The notes beneath the pieces are model-generated. The model had not been told where the DNA came from and ran no database searches. It saw nothing but the letters and a program-made list of their open reading frames with translations. This document shows positions 61,773-64,000 of a DNA stretch of 64,000 bases, in pieces; the stretch's first letter is position 1, and each line of letters starts with the position of its first letter. The stretch is taken from the NCBI GenBank assembly GCA_963817915.1, contig CAWFQL010000012.1, positions 320,001-384,000 on the forward strand, read 5' to 3'. The position numbers were made by a program, and so were the translations under genes. Source of the DNA: an uncultured candidate division Zixibacteria bacterium (GTDB taxonomy: Bacteria > Zixibacteria > MSB-5A5 > UBA10806).

Positions 61773-63134
61773 ATGTTAACTGGGAAGCAATTAAAAATTA
61801 GAGCAGGACTGAATTTGTCCAGGCCGGTAATTCTGATCATGTCAATTGTCGCAGGCATTATCGTGTACGGTTGTGGAAAAGATAAAATAATAACGCGGGA
61901 ATATATCCATGGTCCGAGTCCGGTATCACTTATTACTCCGGCTCCGGATTCATTTGTAACGGTTGATAATCCCACATTTACGTGGCATAAATCTTCAACT
62001 GGCGTTCGCTATCAACTCCAGGTTTCTAGAACTACGGATTTTTTGATAAGATCTATAAATGTTCAAATTGCCGAAACCACTTATACGACTATTTCGCCTC
62101 TTTCCAACGCGACCCATTATTGGAGAGTGCGAGCTCAGGACCAGGATAGCTTGTGGGGTGATTGGTCGGATGCCGAAATCAGAACAATTTTTAAGAGCAA
62201 TTATGTAAATTATGTTAGACCAACTTCCCAAATTCAGACCCGAGGCATTGCACAAGACGTATACCTCAGAAATGATACTGCCTATGTTGCCGACGGCCAA
62301 TCCGAGCTGACACTGGTTAACGTCATGGATCCTTATAATCCATATATAATTCGAAATATTGATACGCGCGCCGACGATTTTGCCCAGGGAGTTTATGTTT
62401 CTCCTACCGATACATTCCCTTACGCGTATGTGGCTGATATGGATGGCAAAGTTCAGGTTATCAATATACCCGATACCACTGGAATTCTGGATTCGATTAT
62501 TGGCGGCGATCAAAATTTAGAGGACCTCACCGGCAAAATGATCAATGATACTTTATGGATAATAACTGTTCATTCAGGCATGGGCCATTGCCGAGTTAGC
62601 TTCTATCAGGTGGTTTATAGTCCGTTGCCCGGACAGTTGTTCTTCAATTATATAGACCTGCCTGCCGATGGTATGGGAGTTGCGGTCGATTCCCAATACG
62701 CATACGTCGCCTGCGGGGAGGCCGGGCTGAAAATTGTAGATATTACGGATATTTATAATGCCAGCCTCGTTTCCGGTCTGGACCTGCCCGGTACTTCGTT
62801 ATCAGTCTATGTCAATGGCAATTATGCTTATGTGGCCGCAGATAGAGCGGGGCTTTTCGTAATAGATATCACCGATCGTCATAATCCAGTCTTAAAGGCC
62901 CAGGTTACCACGACCGGACGATCAAAGGATGTTCAAGTTGTTGGCAATTACGCATTCGTGGCGGATGCTGATGGCGGTTTGAAAGTTGCCGATGTAAGTA
63001 TCCCCGATTCGGCGCATTTCGTGACTAACTACGTTACTCCATACGCGTATGGAATATACGCAAATTCCAATTATGTTTATCTCTGTGACAGAGACCTGGG
63101 ATTGTTGATTTTTGAAAATGTAGCATTTAAATAA
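61773..63134 (+). CDS. Lipoprotein with FN3-like domain and LVIVD repeat beta-propeller
   Basis: VYGC lipobox, PTFTW, YWRVRA, repeated YAYVA(D/C)GxxGLxIVDI units. Confidence 0.85.
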   Translation: MLTGKQLKIRAGLNLSRPVILIMSIVAGIIVYGCGKDKIITREYIHGPSPVSLITPAPDSFVTVDNPTFTWHKSSTGVRYQLQVSRTTDFLIRSINVQIAETTYTTISPLSNATHYWRVRAQDQDSLWGDWSDAEIRTIFKSNYVNYVRPTSQIQTRGIAQDVYLRNDTAYVADGQSELTLVNVMDPYNPYIIRNIDTRADDFAQGVYVSPTDTFPYAYVADMDGKVQVINIPDTTGILDSIIGGDQNLEDLTGKMINDTLWIITVHSGMGHCRVSFYQVVYSPLPGQLFFNYIDLPADGMGVAVDSQYAYVACGEAGLKIVDITDIYNASLVSGLDLPGTSLSVYVNGNYAYVAADRAGLFVIDITDRHNPVLKAQVTTTGRSKDVQVVGNYAFVADADGGLKVADVSIPDSAHFVTNYVTPYAYGIYANSNYVYLCDRDLGLLIFENVAFK

Positions 63135-63183
63135 ATCCCTGGAGATTTTTTTAGGTTCATTCAATGAACCAATCGGAGGAAGT

Positions 63184-64000
63184 ATGCTTTTCAAGCTAAG
63201 GGCGACAACTGTAGTGCTGGTGATATTTTTGGCGACTTCAGTGCTTTCGATGGGGGCGGAATCTGTTAATATCATTTCCGATCTTGGCCAGGAAACGACC
63301 GGAATCAATGTAGTGCAGAATAATTCATCAGATGCCAATGTAAGCATCAATGTGCGAACTGCCTCAGTCACTCCGGTAAATCTCAACGGCAAAGAATATA
63401 AAGAAATCAAACTACCGGAAGGCGATCACCTTTTCGCCAGCGAAACCACCGAAGAGGGAAAACCCTCAATTCCCGCCCTGACCACACTATTGGCAATTGC
63501 CGATCAGGCTGGCGTACAACTCTCTGTTAGCTATTCAGGCTACGATATTATTGACAATATCGAATTAGCCCCGGTTCAGCCTTCTCCGTCCGATTCCGAT
63601 CCAGCACCGGTACCTTTTACAAAAGACGAATCTTTCTACAATACCGACACTTTTTATCCAGGCGACCTGGCGAAAGCTGATGATCCTGTCATAATGCGCG
63701 ATATCAGGATGGTTTCGATTACTATGTATCCCGTGCAATATAATCCGTTGCGCAAACAGCTAAGAATTTATCGCGATCTTTCTGTGAGTGTTACCGATGG
63801 CGGAGAAGTCATTAATCCCAAGACTACCCACAACAGATATCTTTCAGACGGTTTTTATCCTATTTATAAATCAATGATCGCCAATTTCGATCAGGTTTTT
63901 TCAAGCGAGGAATCACAGCGCGGCGGATATTTGATAATTACCAAGCCGGTTTTCGCGGATTCATTGAAAAATCTGGCTTTGTGGAAACGGAAAAAAGGAT
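63184..64000 (+). CDS. C25 (gingipain-like) peptidase, N-terminal part, runs off the window
   Basis: Manual translation MLFKLRATTVVLVIFLA...GKPSIP...FYPG...IMRDIRMV...YPVQYNP...GGYLIIT...LALWKRKKG; GGAGG SD; not in the supplied ORF track. Confidence 0.88.
   Translation, partial: MLFKLRATTVVLVIFLATSVLSMGAESVNIISDLGQETTGINVVQNNSSDANVSINVRTASVTPVNLNGKEYKEIKLPEGDHLFASETTEEGKPSIPALTTLLAIADQAGVQLSVSYSGYDIIDNIELAPVQPSPSDSDPAPVPFTKDESFYNTDTFYPGDLAKADDPVIMRDIRMVSITMYPVQYNPLRKQLRIYRDLSVSVTDGGEVINPKTTHNRYLSDGFYPIYKSMIANFDQVFSSEESQRGGYLIITKPVFADSLKNLALWKRKKG

Overview
Gene-dense bacterial chromosomal segment with no rRNA, tRNA, CRISPR array, transposase or prophage cluster that I can recognise. Five complete proteins end in a T9SS-type 'QNYPNPFN' sorting domain and one ends in a dockerin-like repeat, which points to an FCB-group organism, most likely Zixibacteria-like (inference). 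Content: MacAB-like efflux genes, YgiQ radical SAM, a tkt-gnd-zwf-pgl operon, cystathionine beta-synthase plus gamma-lyase, a redox/stress block (pirin, NMO, AhpD-like, MsrBA), mlaEFD, a double-cubane cluster reductase with its ATPase activator, bshB1, birA-nadC, a two-component pair, two gingipain-like C25 proteases, an M14 peptidase and a 5'-nucleotidase. Five genes between 4.9 and 22.9 kb carry seven single-base insertions, probably assembly error. Best leads: (1) a short uORF ending Cys-Pro-UGA followed by an RNA with two mutually exclusive pairings, upstream of the double-cubane operon; (2) a DksA-type C4 zinc finger fused to an RsbU-like PP2C phosphatase; (3) a thioredoxin-like [2Fe-2S] ferredoxin fused to an O-methyltransferase; (4) a secreted DA1-like metallopeptidase with 12 CxxC motifs; (5) an orphan DUF6519-like (eCIS-associated) gene.
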